This document shows positions 52,150 to 64,000 of a DNA stretch of 64,000 nucleotides, in pieces. Numbering within the stretch: the first letter of the stretch is position 1; every line of letters starts with the position of its first letter. The notes beneath the pieces were generated by a model. That model ran no database searches. It was given only the letters and a program-made list of their open reading frames with translations, and was not told where the DNA came from. Source of the DNA: Lama glama (lineage: Eukaryota); assembly GCA_028534125.1 (NCBI GenBank), contig CM052817.1:53632001-53696000 (forward strand). Reading direction: 5' to 3'. The position numbers and the translations under genes were made by a program.

Positions 52150-55100
52150 CTGCTGATGGGTAAAGTCTGCATCCGACCACAGGGAAGTTACTAATATTAT
52201 TCAAAACTGCGGTGCACAAAATGCTAGAGGGCAACTTCTCTCTGGAGACTATGTAGTGACTTCTAGGGAAGGGTTATCTCATATAAAGGAGGAAGCCAGG
52301 AGCCCCTCCTTTCCTGAGATCATGAAGCAAGATATTCCTTTCCATCCATAGTGAAGGAAGCATGGCAATAAAAGGATCTGTTTGTCTATTCTTTAATTCT
52401 TCTCACAGCCAAACATGGGACAACTAACTTTACCATGCAAAGCAAGTCCTGCTCCAGGTGCACCTTCAGAGAGCTAGCCAAATTCCAGCATCTGTGAAAA
52501 GCTGAAATGGCACAGAGATGGGATGAAATGGCAGTGGAGGTAATCAAGGGCATGCCTCCCGAATCATGGGCATACATCTCAGGTAGAGTGGAGGAGTGGC
52601 GTGATTTCCGAATTGATTAAGTAAACAAATTATAATCACTCAAGGTACTTCCTGATTTATATAGGCTTTTTAAATTTAGAAATCCTTCAATGCTACCTGT
52701 TGAAGGAGATACCTCTCCCACAAAGTTTTTAATTCCCTGATGGTAGGTTTCATTCCCATGTATATCCTTAGGGTTTAGCATCATGCATGGCCAACAGATG
52801 GGTGCTCCCTAAATGTGTTACCAAAACCCAGCCTCAGTTAGTATGCGAATAGTTGTCATGACCTCAGCGTCCCTAGCTTGAACCCTCACTCTGACCCCTT
52901 GTGGTTCATTCTTGGCTTGGGCTCCAGACTACCTCTTAATATTTATGGGATCTTAGGTAGCTTGTATTGGACCATATCTCCATAACATACTTCCTGTTGC
53001 TGTGGGATTCCTGATACATGTCATTTAGATCAACTGGCCCCCAAACACTGTGTCCATATTATAATACCACTAAGGAGGTAGGGGAAGGTGTATTTATAAC
53101 CATTTGATGCTGGAAAGTTGAGGAAAAATCTTGTTCAGTATCGTATTAAAAAGCAGCATAGATTGCATTCTTTTTTCTTTGTTTTCTCAGGTTGGTGCCA
53201 TTTGTTTCCAACTCAAAGGATAGGAGAGTAATGCTTTCCATAAGATTATAAGAGGCCATGGTAAGAATAACTCTGAAGTTAAGAGCTTGAATTTTAGGGT
53301 CCTCATTAGACCACACCCCTTCCAGAACCCTGGGAAGGGTCCCTGTAGTTCTGTTTTTAATTTGGTACATCATCTCTTTAAAAATTTTAGAAACTTCAGA
53401 TACCACAAAATCTGTATCTGCCCTGCCTAAAAGTCTTCCATTTGACAGACAAGGAATAAAGCAAACCTAGTCACACAGCACTAAGTGCCATTGATCAGTA
53501 TTTGTTGAATAAATCAGTCCTCATAATAGAAAGGCACTTGCTTAAAAATATAATTTTTACTTTGTTGAATATGGAAAATAATCTCTTTGGAAGAGTAGTA
53601 AGAGGATAAAGTTTATTATGATCAAAACAAAAACCAAAACTATAGGTTTACATAACTTTCTAAACATTTTCAAATTTCTTTCAGGACTATTGTCTCATTT
53701 TTACATTTAGTTCCCTTTGAATAGGAGCTATATTCTTTACATATGTAGTAACAATATATAGGCTTTATGTTTTGGTACATTAGCCTTCAATTAGGAAGAT
53801 AATTTAAATCAGCATTTCTTCATGCGATCTTAATGTTAGATTTTGTTTATCTCTAAGGCTAATCAAATAACATCTATGAATACCTATATGGTTTTCCATG
53901 TGCCTGTAAAGTATAGTAACTCATTTTATGAGGAACCTTTCATGTCGCGGCAATAGATTATATGAAACCTGCATCCATCTGCTCTGTGTGTAGTGACTTG
54001 TCAGTCTTTGCTGTGCTCACCAATTCTCCCCTGACCATCTGGTAATTTAAAAGTGGTCACTGGGACTAAGACAGAGCTTCACTAAATATTTTCAGTTTGT
54101 TTAAGGAGGATAAACTAAAATGAGTTTTAGAAAGAAGTGTTTGTGGTTTTTGTGTGTGTAAATTCAATCTCTTTGCCTCCACATTCTCTCAAACCCAAAA
54201 TAAACAAGTAGAATTCACCTTCATTCTGGCTCTTTTTGCAAATATCGTCTGTCCCTGCAGCTGTCTGTCTTTCTCAATTCCACAGTTGTTAAGTGAAGTA
54301 GGATTGCAAGCTCAGACTGAGGAAAATCTATTTCTTGTTTTGTGTGAAGTGGCAGTCCAGGGAAGTAAACATCCCATCCACATAGGGAATTAAATGTCTA
54401 TAAGCTTGTGCATGATGAGGGTCCCTTTTCTTCAGTTATATTTTATCACTTCATCTGTTGACTAGAGCATATTGATTCTCATGCATTTATGTTCTTGCAC
54501 AGATGAGAGCATTAGACTGAAAAGAACGAAATTTAAAACTACTTGCACACATAAAGTATAATAAAGCCAGGCTCTCCCACTTTTTTTCTCTCACCTCACT
54601 ATTTTTTTTTCTGAAGCTTAAGACTAGCAACAGGGAGAAAATGTTATTAATAGGAAACACAACACATGCATGGGCTACCTCTTTGTCTTTGCTTTTGAGA
54701 CAGAAGCAAGAAGTAAGTTTCCTGTTAGTCCCTGTAGACCACACTGCGGAATAGTGCCCAAATATTCTATATAATATTACAGAGTTTCTGGCTTTCAGTT
54801 CCACCTTCTTTTTGAGTATAAGCTGACTTTTTCTTGGTTATTATTCAAATTGCAAAAATATTCACATTATTATTATTTCATATGGTAAACAGAAAATTCA
54901 AAACAAAAAATTTCACCCATCAAGTGTGTTAGTGACCATCTTCATTTTCATAGATACCTGTGTATTGCAAATGACATCTGTAAATCTCTGATCTCTCTGG
55001 CTCTTTCTCTTACTATGTGTCTCTGCTGCTCTCTCTTCTGCTTTCTGTGAAATCACTTAGAAATTTTAGTTTAGCAAACTAAATTTGCTCGAAGCAGCAA

Positions 55101-58100
55101 AAAAGATATTGGTAGAGATGGACATATAAGATGTGTCATCTAAGCTATGAAATCTAATAAATAATATCAAAACTCAGTAGGGGAAAAGATTTGAGTCAGC
55201 GATCCTCACAATTCACACCACATTACCCGCCAGGCCTAGTGCTTGGCATGGTATTTACGAAGTCATCGTGATTCCATAGGAAAGAATCAAAAGAAAACCC
55301 CACCAAACAGCCAATCTAAATCGTTGAAATCGAATTTGTGGTAATCACCTATTAAGTTGTGCTGAGAACTGTTTTTCCATGTTGTTTGTAAATAAATTAA
55401 AAAAAGAAAAAAATGTGAAACGAAGGTAATTTTGTCACACAATAAGGGATTGCATTTTAGAGCAAAAGTAGGTCTCTGCAGGGCCATCAGACAGCTTCCT
55501 GGAGTGGAATAATTAAGTTTGAGATTGCTGGAGGAGGCTGTGATGGTATTTTAGTTTATAGTCTCAAAGCCAAGGGGACCCATTAAAATGAAATAAGTGA
55601 AACTGGGCTAGTTCCTTGTAGGCCAAGTACCTAAGTGACATCATCATCATCAAGGTAACGTACTTAAATAATCCCAGGCTACACTGAACAATACTGAACT
55701 CTCAGACAGCCTTTCTGCCATACAGGGCTGAAATAGTACTCTAAGGAAAGAGACCTGACAGAAAACGAGCCACTAAAGGAGGAACAATTAATTAAAGTGT
55801 CATTTGGGAGTTCAGAGAGCCTGATAAACAGTCATGAGAAAATCACTAAAATCTGATATTAAATGATTTAGGTGAACTCATTTAGAAGGCAGTTTCACAT
55901 TATGACTTTCAGACAGTCTGTCTCGAAAAATCAGAGTTTTCTCATCTCCAGTGAGTGACATGGGAAACATAGTAGTGTGGAGTCATGCATATTGACGCCA
56001 AATGACACACTCTCAGTAACAGAAGTGGTACCCAAATTCTTATGAGAATCACTAAGTTTCTAAATGGACTATATCATAACCTGAAACAGGATAGCACACA
56101 CATCAAGGATTAAGCACACATGACTTAATCTCTTTAATAGTGGAAATGATGGAGACTAAAATGTGTCCCTTGAAAGCTAAGTACTATTTGACTCTACCCA
56201 TCTACTACTCATCTATGGCACTGTAAGAAAAAAAAAAGTTTAAGAAAAGAGTCAATTTTCAATATGAGTACTAATTGCCTGGACTCCATTTAAGTAGTGT
56301 AACTAGTATGATGAACAAACAGAACTTAAGACCTGAATAAAACACAACTTTCTTCCACTTGCCCACCATCCCTTTAAACATACTACCTTCCTGTAGCCCT
56401 GAATGGAAGCTCAGGTAGGTCCCAAGCCTTTTTTTTTTTTTTTTTTGCACATTCCTAGGGAATAGATCATAATACAACCACTTTAATTTGCAAATAATAT
56501 TTCATTTCAGCAATTAGAATATCTTCTATAAGACCTCAAAACACTCCAATCTTGTTGTTTGAAATCTCTCTTCCCCCCAGTTAAAAGCTCAAGGAGGTGG
56601 ATGAGTGTGCTGTCTGGTACTTCTCTCCATTAGCTTCTCTCTTCCTATGCTTGCAAGCTGCTGTTTCGGCTTGACTTCTTAACAGATTTACCTCACCAGG
56701 TGGCTTTGTGCTATCTGGGCAGAGTAGATGGGTAAACATCTGGGTGACTTCAGTGTGCTAGCAGATATCAAAGGTGACTATTTCTCTCTTGATCTTGATT
56801 TTATGATTTTCAAAATGATTCTATGCTCCTTCACCTGACCTTAAATGACCTTGTCCTAGGTTGATCTGTCTCTGCTACACATGGACCCTTGTGACCCTGC
56901 CCCAGTCTCAGGGCATCCAGAGTACACTTCAGCCCTCATGGATTCCTCCCAAGATCCCTAATGGAAAGCCCCTCCCCACAAGTCATCATAGCACAGTCCA
57001 CACCTGGTTCACCAGAAACAATCACACTTCTTTTTCTTTGACAATCTTAAAGCTGGTGAGCCTATCTCAATGCTGCCACCAAAGCTGTTCCACAGTGCTT
57101 CTCTCTTCCTCTGGATTTCCTGTACAGGAAAGATCTCAGAACACATTCTCCTTTTCCTTGCTTTGTCTGGGTCAGGCACAAGTAATCAAAGTTTCCTGAC
57201 TCTTTCAAAGATTTCCAACTGTGAACCTAGATGCTCACCCTCTTCAGGCTTGGGGTTGGAAAGTAACTCCCCTCCTAATGCCTCTCCCTCAAAACAGCCA
57301 AGCAGGGCAACAGCTCTCTCCAGAGGAATATCTTTACTAATCCCCTCCATAAAATCCTCTCTGCACATGTGATCCTCCTGTGTAGTCCCTAAGTATGTGA
57401 GGGTGTTCCAGAAATAAAAGAGTAGATTCTTGATCAGTTTCTTTTAAATCTCTGAGGGTAGATTTGTCTCACACTCAATTTAGTATCTGATGTCATTCAA
57501 ATAAAGTCCAGGTTGTAACCCAGGCAGGAAGAATCCAGTCCTACCCCACACTCTAGAGTCATATAAATGTCATGTTATCTTTGACTACAGATAAGCTAAT
57601 TAAGCTTACCAAATTAACTCATTAGAATGCACAAATGAAATATACAGCTTTCAGGAATGTCACTTGGATGAAGTTGAATGGCTTTAAAAATCTTTTCTTA
57701 TAGAATTAGCTTGAGGCAGACAGCTGAGGTTTCAGGCAATCTTAAGGTTTAGAGGGTCAGAGATCATCATATTTTAGAATCTGGAGGGCCAAATCCCTCC
57801 CCTCAAAAATCACAAACACATACAGACACATATACACACACATGCAGAAAAAATGCTTAAAACATTGCATACAATTTCGGCTCTAAAGTCTAGGGTTAGC
57901 ACCTCTCAGTGACATGACAGTTGTAAGTTTCTTCAAGCTAGGTTGCTACCTTGGGGAGCAATTTGTGTGTTCTAGAACATTGTGGTTACATCCTCTGCCA
58001 AACAACCTTCTGTTAGTAGATCCCCTTAATAATTATAGTCCAGAGCAGAAACAGTTATAAGCAATACAAAGGTATTTCTTCTGGATTGTTCTCCTGCTCA

Positions 58101-60941
58101 TCTGTAGTATCAACCTGGGCTTTATTTCAGTTTCCAAATTTAGACATTTATATCACAGATATATAACTTTATGAAGGAAATGAAAATCAAAATAACAAAA
58201 TTACAAAACAGGGAGAAAGAAGATACAGAAACGCCTATCCTAAAAGTCACCTTAATTTTGTTGCCCAACTCAGTAAATGTAACAAAATAAAGAATATGTA
58301 AATTTTTTAAATGCAAACTAACTATTTTCTATCATCGCAGAATAATGGGGAAAAATAACAGGTATAAACCCTGTCCCACACTTTCTATCCCTAGCAACAT
58401 CTACACGTCCTTTGACTATATCAAGTGCTAACCCTATGTTTCCAGAATAAGCAGACTTTAAGTTTAAAAGGTATAGTAGAAACTACTCTCACTCTCTTTA
58501 TTTTTCAGTTGTAATTAAAGGGACTTAAAGATGCAAAAAGTTAGATTCCTTTATAGACCAAAGGGAGTAAAAAACAGACAGTGGAACGATCAGATAAGTG
58601 GCTTCCTGCAATTTTATGCCACATTTATGGTTTCTTTGGGAAATTTCTGTGACAAGTGAAAATTATCTTGCCTAATGAGAATTTTCTCTGTAACATATGT
58701 ACATGTATATATGATGATATTTGACCTCATTCTATTAAACATCTATTGCTATCTCATTAATATTTTCACCTTTTTCAGTGTGTGCCGACTAATTAAAAAT
58801 TCAACTAGAAAGATAAAACATTTGAAAATTAAATGATCCATTCTCTTTACAGTGCTGAAAATGCTTTGCCATTTTAACACTGAGTTTAGCCAACTTAATA
58901 GCTTGAATTTTAAAACTTCCTTGGGCTCATAAATAATTTAATCATGACAAAAAATGACTTTGGAAATATCCAAAAATAACTGTAGGCAATATTTAGGGTG
59001 CTGTACTTCTCTCATATTAAATCTAGAGCTGAAAACATCTATTTAGGGAATCAACAAATGAATAATGTCTTCAGAAGTCACTGTTTTGTTGACGTTTTTA
59101 CTGTGTTACATGTAATACCAGGCTTTTTTAAACCTGAAATTTTTGAACTCCAGAATTTTGATGACCTTTAGGATTTTATCGATCTTGAGAAGTAGGTATA
59201 TATCAGTGCTATCAAACCAACTTTCCATTTTTATAGCAAACATTTTGTAATACATGCTCTCCCACCCCCAAAAAAAGATCATTGTTATGAAGATCCACCA
59301 ACACATAGCTTTTTAAAAAAAAATTTATATAATGCCCCATCCACTATTTAAGTATAAATAATAACAAAGCAACTTATTAGGATGAAAATCTGAAGTTCAA
59401 TATGTACACTCACAGGCACAGCTACATGAGACGATTTCGTGAAATAGTCTGATGCTGGCCTCTGTCTGCATAATTACACATATTACATAAATGCAGGACT
59501 ACAAATGCTACCTGACTCAGATGTGAAGCACTGGGAACTCAAATTCTATAATCAACTTGCTATTGCTGAAGTTATTTTCTGAAAGGATACTAGATAGTGC
59601 TGTGTAGAAGTTTAAACAAAATACAATAATCCCTCAATAGACACAGTAATGTATATTTCTGGGAAAACATATCTATAAAACTGTGCAAGAAATCTATATT
59701 TATCTATATGTCTGTCTTTAAAAAACAGAACTGAGTTTCTAATCAAATAAACATGGACGGAAATTTTTTCCTGCATAAATGCCTTATGTGCATTTGAAAA
59801 TCATGCGGAACAAAGGAGAACTGCCTAAATAATATTTTTGGTCACTTCTCACTAGAAGGACTAGTAGCACCCCCTCCCAATCATTGTGACAAGAGAAAAA
59901 AATGGCCTCATATATTGTCTCAATGGCATAGAGAACAGATGGCTGGATAATGATAAGTGAAATGGACATTAAATTTCATCTAGCAGAGGTCAGTAACTGG
60001 CTTCCAGAAGACCTGCTATAATTGGCTTAGCAAACAATGTCAACATCTCAGGTATGTATTGACACTCAAGTTGGTCACAGCCCCTCATTTCCAATTACTG
60101 CTTTATGCCTTTATTTTCCCTTCTAGCTCCTAAAATCATTTGAACATCTGATTTTAGTCTAGTTCTCTTATTTTACAAAAAAGTAAATTGAAAAGTTCAG
60201 TTAGAGATCAAATACTAAAATCAAATCTTGCTCATTGCTTTTTCTCATTACAGATTCAAACCCATAAACTTATTAACTAGTGGAGGAATTTCATGTAAAG
60301 CATGTGTAAAGTCATTGAGTGAAATGTCTTTCAATGCCCCCAAATCAGTGACCAGCATCTAAAGTTGAAGACAAAGAGGTGCTAACTACCCAACATTTTA
60401 AGGAAAGTAGGTCATCAGCTGAGGGCAAACATGGTTACCTACTCCTGAAGTAATTATGGGTTTGGGGAACCAGCCTCACCTCTACCACCAGCTGCTATTC
60501 CATCTTCTTTCCCAATCTGAGAGAGTGTGGGTCAATGTGGAGTGAGAGAGAGAAAGACACTAGGCTCTTTTTCTTGTAGAAGCTATAAGGTCTTGGAGAA
60601 AAATTAACCTCCCTCTGAGCAGGAAAAGGGGTGCTGCTCCTCAAAAAATCTGAAACCATGCAGTACTCTTAGAAATGGACTTCCTGCAGGAAAGAGGGCT
60701 GGCAAATAAACAATAAATGAGGACTGACCTCAAAGCAAGAGGATGACAGCAGCACAAACTTTTGGATATACTACCTGCTACAGGGGTTAAGAGGAGGAGG
60801 GAAATTTGAGCTCAAGGCTGACCTTTCAGATCAGGGAAATTTCAGTGGGAGACTGCACAGGGTTCTCTTAAGAACTCTCATGTACAAACCAACAGAGCAA
60901 ACGTGTGGACGTCTGCCTCACACAGACTTCAAGAACAAGTC

Positions 60942-61411
60942 TGTAGTAGTTTCCTACGGTTGTCATGGTATATTACAACAAATTAGGTGGCTTAAAACAT
61001 TAGAAATTCATTACCACACAGTTCTGGGGTCTACAAGTCCAAAATCAAGGTGTCTAAATTGTTGGTTCCTTCTGGAGGCTTTGAGGAAGAATTCATTCCA
61101 TGCCTCTCTCTAGTATCTAGTGGCTCTCAACAACTCGATGTTCCTAGCTTGTAGACATAGAACTCCAATCGCTGTCTTCATCTTCACATGACCTCTCTAT
61201 ATATATCTGTGTTTTTATTTTTCTTTTCTTTTCTTCGTAAGGATGCTCATCATTGGATTTAGTGACCATCCTATAAATGCAGAATGATCTCATCTCGAGA
61301 TCCTGAAATTAATTACATCTGCAAGCACCCTATATCAAATATGGTCACATTCATAGTTACCAGTGGCTAGGAATTGGACACATTTTGGGGAGTCACTATT
61401 CAATCCACTGC
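60942..61411 (-). mobile_element. MaLR solo LTR, MLT1C-like
   Basis: tagtttcct..ggtggcttaaaaca..cacagttctgg..aagtccaaaatcaaggtgtc..ttccatgcctctctctag..aattacatctgcaag..ggtcacattc. Confidence 0.88.
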
Positions 61412-63596
61412 CATCTGGCTGAGAAACTTTATAGTCAAAAAGAGAGGATTTTATCACTTCACTGTGAAATAATAAGATTAATCTTGTCCCCTAAGCTGTA
61501 CCATCAATTCCTGACAGAAAAAAAATGCGGACCTGAAAGACAGAGGTGGAAGACATGTCCCAGGGTCAGACATTGCTCCTCAGTGCCCCCTTCAGGTGCT
61601 AGAGCCAGGAATTTGGATTGCTCTAAGCAGAGGTGGGCAGATGAGATTCAAAAAGAGTTTAAGATTCAATTTTCTAGCTGGGTTGGTTATACTGAGAGTG
61701 ACTGGGAATACACGCTCTTTTTTTCAAATATTGTTTAAGGGAATGGAAATGGAGATATGTTAGAGCACAGCTAAAGACATGAGTGAAGAAAATAAAACTG
61801 TTTTGTTTTGTTTTTTAACAATTGAATTTAGACAGCTCAACAAACTGGTTACATAAAACTTAAACTGTTTTAAATGTGTATGTATTTTTAAATGCTTGAA
61901 GAGAGTAGTTGAATTGTGGCTAGAAGGGGCAGTACACCAGGAATCAGAGCCCCTCTATCTGGAGTTATCATATTTATTCAGTACTGAAATCTGGCCTGAT
62001 AACATTATCATCTCTTGCTTAAATAATAAGTTTATCAGTATGTCCTTTCTCCTATATTTACTGATATGTTTTTCATGAATGTATAAATACATGGTTTCTT
62101 GTGGAGCAAGGATTTATAGTAAATCTGAGCTGAGACAATTGCATATGATATTTTATGGCTGGAATTTGTAGAAGATGAAAAGTAATTAGATGAAGAGCAT
62201 ATGAAATGAATCTCAAGACTCCAGAATATAACATGTCTTAATTCCCCCTTTAAATAAGTGTAAAGGGCTGAAATTAGTAATAATTGTATATTTTTATTGG
62301 ATAAAAATCTCATATCATCTGGTTGGAAAAAAATCATTGGAATCTACATCAAAGTAAATTAAATTCAATCACATTAAATCTTAATTACTTCACATATTAC
62401 TGTGAGCAGTACCAAGAAGTCAAAAGACACAGATCGTGTCTTGACAGAAGTTAAAAGCTAACTGGGGAGATTAGAGTTGAAAAATGAAGAATTTAGATAG
62501 CAGTGTTGAATAATTTATAAAGAGTATTTGTAAAACAATAAGTAACATAAGATTTCAGAGGAGAGAGAGTTAAAGAGGGTCAGTCAGAAAGTCTTCTTTG
62601 AAGAAATAGAATTTGAAGAAGCACTATCATTGGGAGGCAATGTCAGGTGAGACAATCACATCTGTAGATGCAGATCATATTTCAAAATATCACGTTAATC
62701 AAACATTACAGTATTTAGATATGCAAATTAAAAATATAAATATCTTGATATTATATTTGTCTCATTTTAGAGTCTGACATGTTTACCACTACTAAAACAT
62801 GTACACATCACACCATGCTCTATCCAGGAAAGTTCTTGCAGAATTTTTTTGTTTTTGAAATATTCTTTTGGAAAAATATTATAAATATGAGAGAATTTCC
62901 ATTAACAAATCTGCTGAGCTATTTCAAAGGCACTGACCTTTGAGCATTGATGAACCCTTATGGAGAAAAAATATGAAAGTCATTTTTTTCAAATAAGATG
63001 ATATCTAAGAATTCAAATAATTCTATTTTTATAGATACCAGTGTATCTTTCCTGTACTAAGATTTTTCCATACAATATGTAAAAATTTTGTATTACCCAC
63101 ATGATATTCATAACACTTCTATTTTTATGGCAGTTTTCCTATTTCGTGATCCTAGCAAATAACTTCCCTGCTAGCTTCAGTGACCCCTTTTGTCGTTTGT
63201 GAGGCAGGTAATACTTATAGGCTCATTATCACAAGCCTGATAGAAAACTATGCCAGAAGTACAATTATAACTTATATCTGATCAAGTGACTAAGAGTTCA
63301 TGTTTATTTTTAAAATTATTATTGCTAAATATTTATCAGGGATGGATAAAAGTTTTATGAGATCTGAAATCATATAATTTGGGGGGACTCTATTTAAGAA
63401 AAATAAACTAGCAACTTTCAAAAAGTTGATTGTAGCCCATACATAAAATTGAGGGGGGAAGTATTTGTATCAATTAACTGCCTGATACCTTTCCATACAC
63501 CTTCCCTGTATATTCCCCAAAATACACAAAATTCATGAAATTCAGATAAGTGCAATTTAAATTTTCTTCTATAATTACATAAGCAAATTATTCTTA

Positions 63597-64000
63597 TATA
63601 AAGGATAGCAGAACATGCCACCCCAAATTATACCTCTTTGGCATAAGCATTATTTTGAGCTAATTATTTTGGGAAACAGCAGACACAGGAAAAGCTCTGA
63701 AAACTAATAGAAGGCACCCTTTTGAAAGAGAAATTTGCATTTATATAGGAAATCTCCATTTGTATGGGTGTCTCTTTCTCTACACCAGGAAGAGAAGGAT
63801 GACTCTAAGTCACAAGAGAATCTTTTCAATGGAGAAGACACCTACTTAAATCTTCATAACAAACGTTATCTTTATTTACTGAGATTTTCTGTTAACTTCT
63901 CCGTATTTGACCTCCCCCAAACACACGCATTTCTTTTATTTTTAGGTGAAAATTATACTCAATCTTGAGTTCAAAGCCACCTCAGAGAGTTACTCACTTT
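63597..64000 (+). mobile_element. ERV1 LTR, MER34A-like, truncated by the window end
   Basis: cagaacatgccaccccaaattatacctctttggcataagcattattttgagct..cagcagacacaggaaaagctctgaaaac. Confidence 0.85.

Noticed and set aside
61385..61738. 117-aa ORF and other 60-120 aa ORFs
   Set aside because: Lengths are within chance expectation for 64 kb, many have non-ATG starts, and none shows a recognisable domain.
1..64000. CRISPR arrays, operons or other prokaryotic systems; CpG-island promoter
   Set aside because: The sequence is mammalian; no regularly spaced direct repeats, dense coding regions or CpG-rich island were seen.

Overview
Mammalian, AT-rich, CpG-poor genomic DNA with no recognisable protein-coding gene, RNA gene or CpG island; it looks like intergenic DNA or a large intron. 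Two tRNA-Ala-derived SINEs of the camelid Vic-1 type, with no ruminant or pig SINEs seen, suggest a camelid (alpaca, llama or camel). A large part of the window is interspersed repeat: L1 of several ages (one young copy with a perfect 15-bp TSD), L2, MIR, MaLR/ERV1/ERVL LTRs, a decayed two-LTR ERV-L provirus with RNaseH-integrase-dUTPase remnants, and TcMar DNA transposons (Kanga-like, MER104-like, MER82-like). There is a 100-N assembly gap at 5407-5506. The unexplained signals are an unusually long stop-free frame (about 277 codons, 4574 to the gap) in apparently unique DNA, and several strong + strand splice-site pairs that may belong to a spliced lncRNA. A few palindromic or motif-rich islands could be enhancers. 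Repeat family names come from memory of consensus sequences, not from a search, and boundaries of old repeats are approximate. I found no convincing novel biological system.
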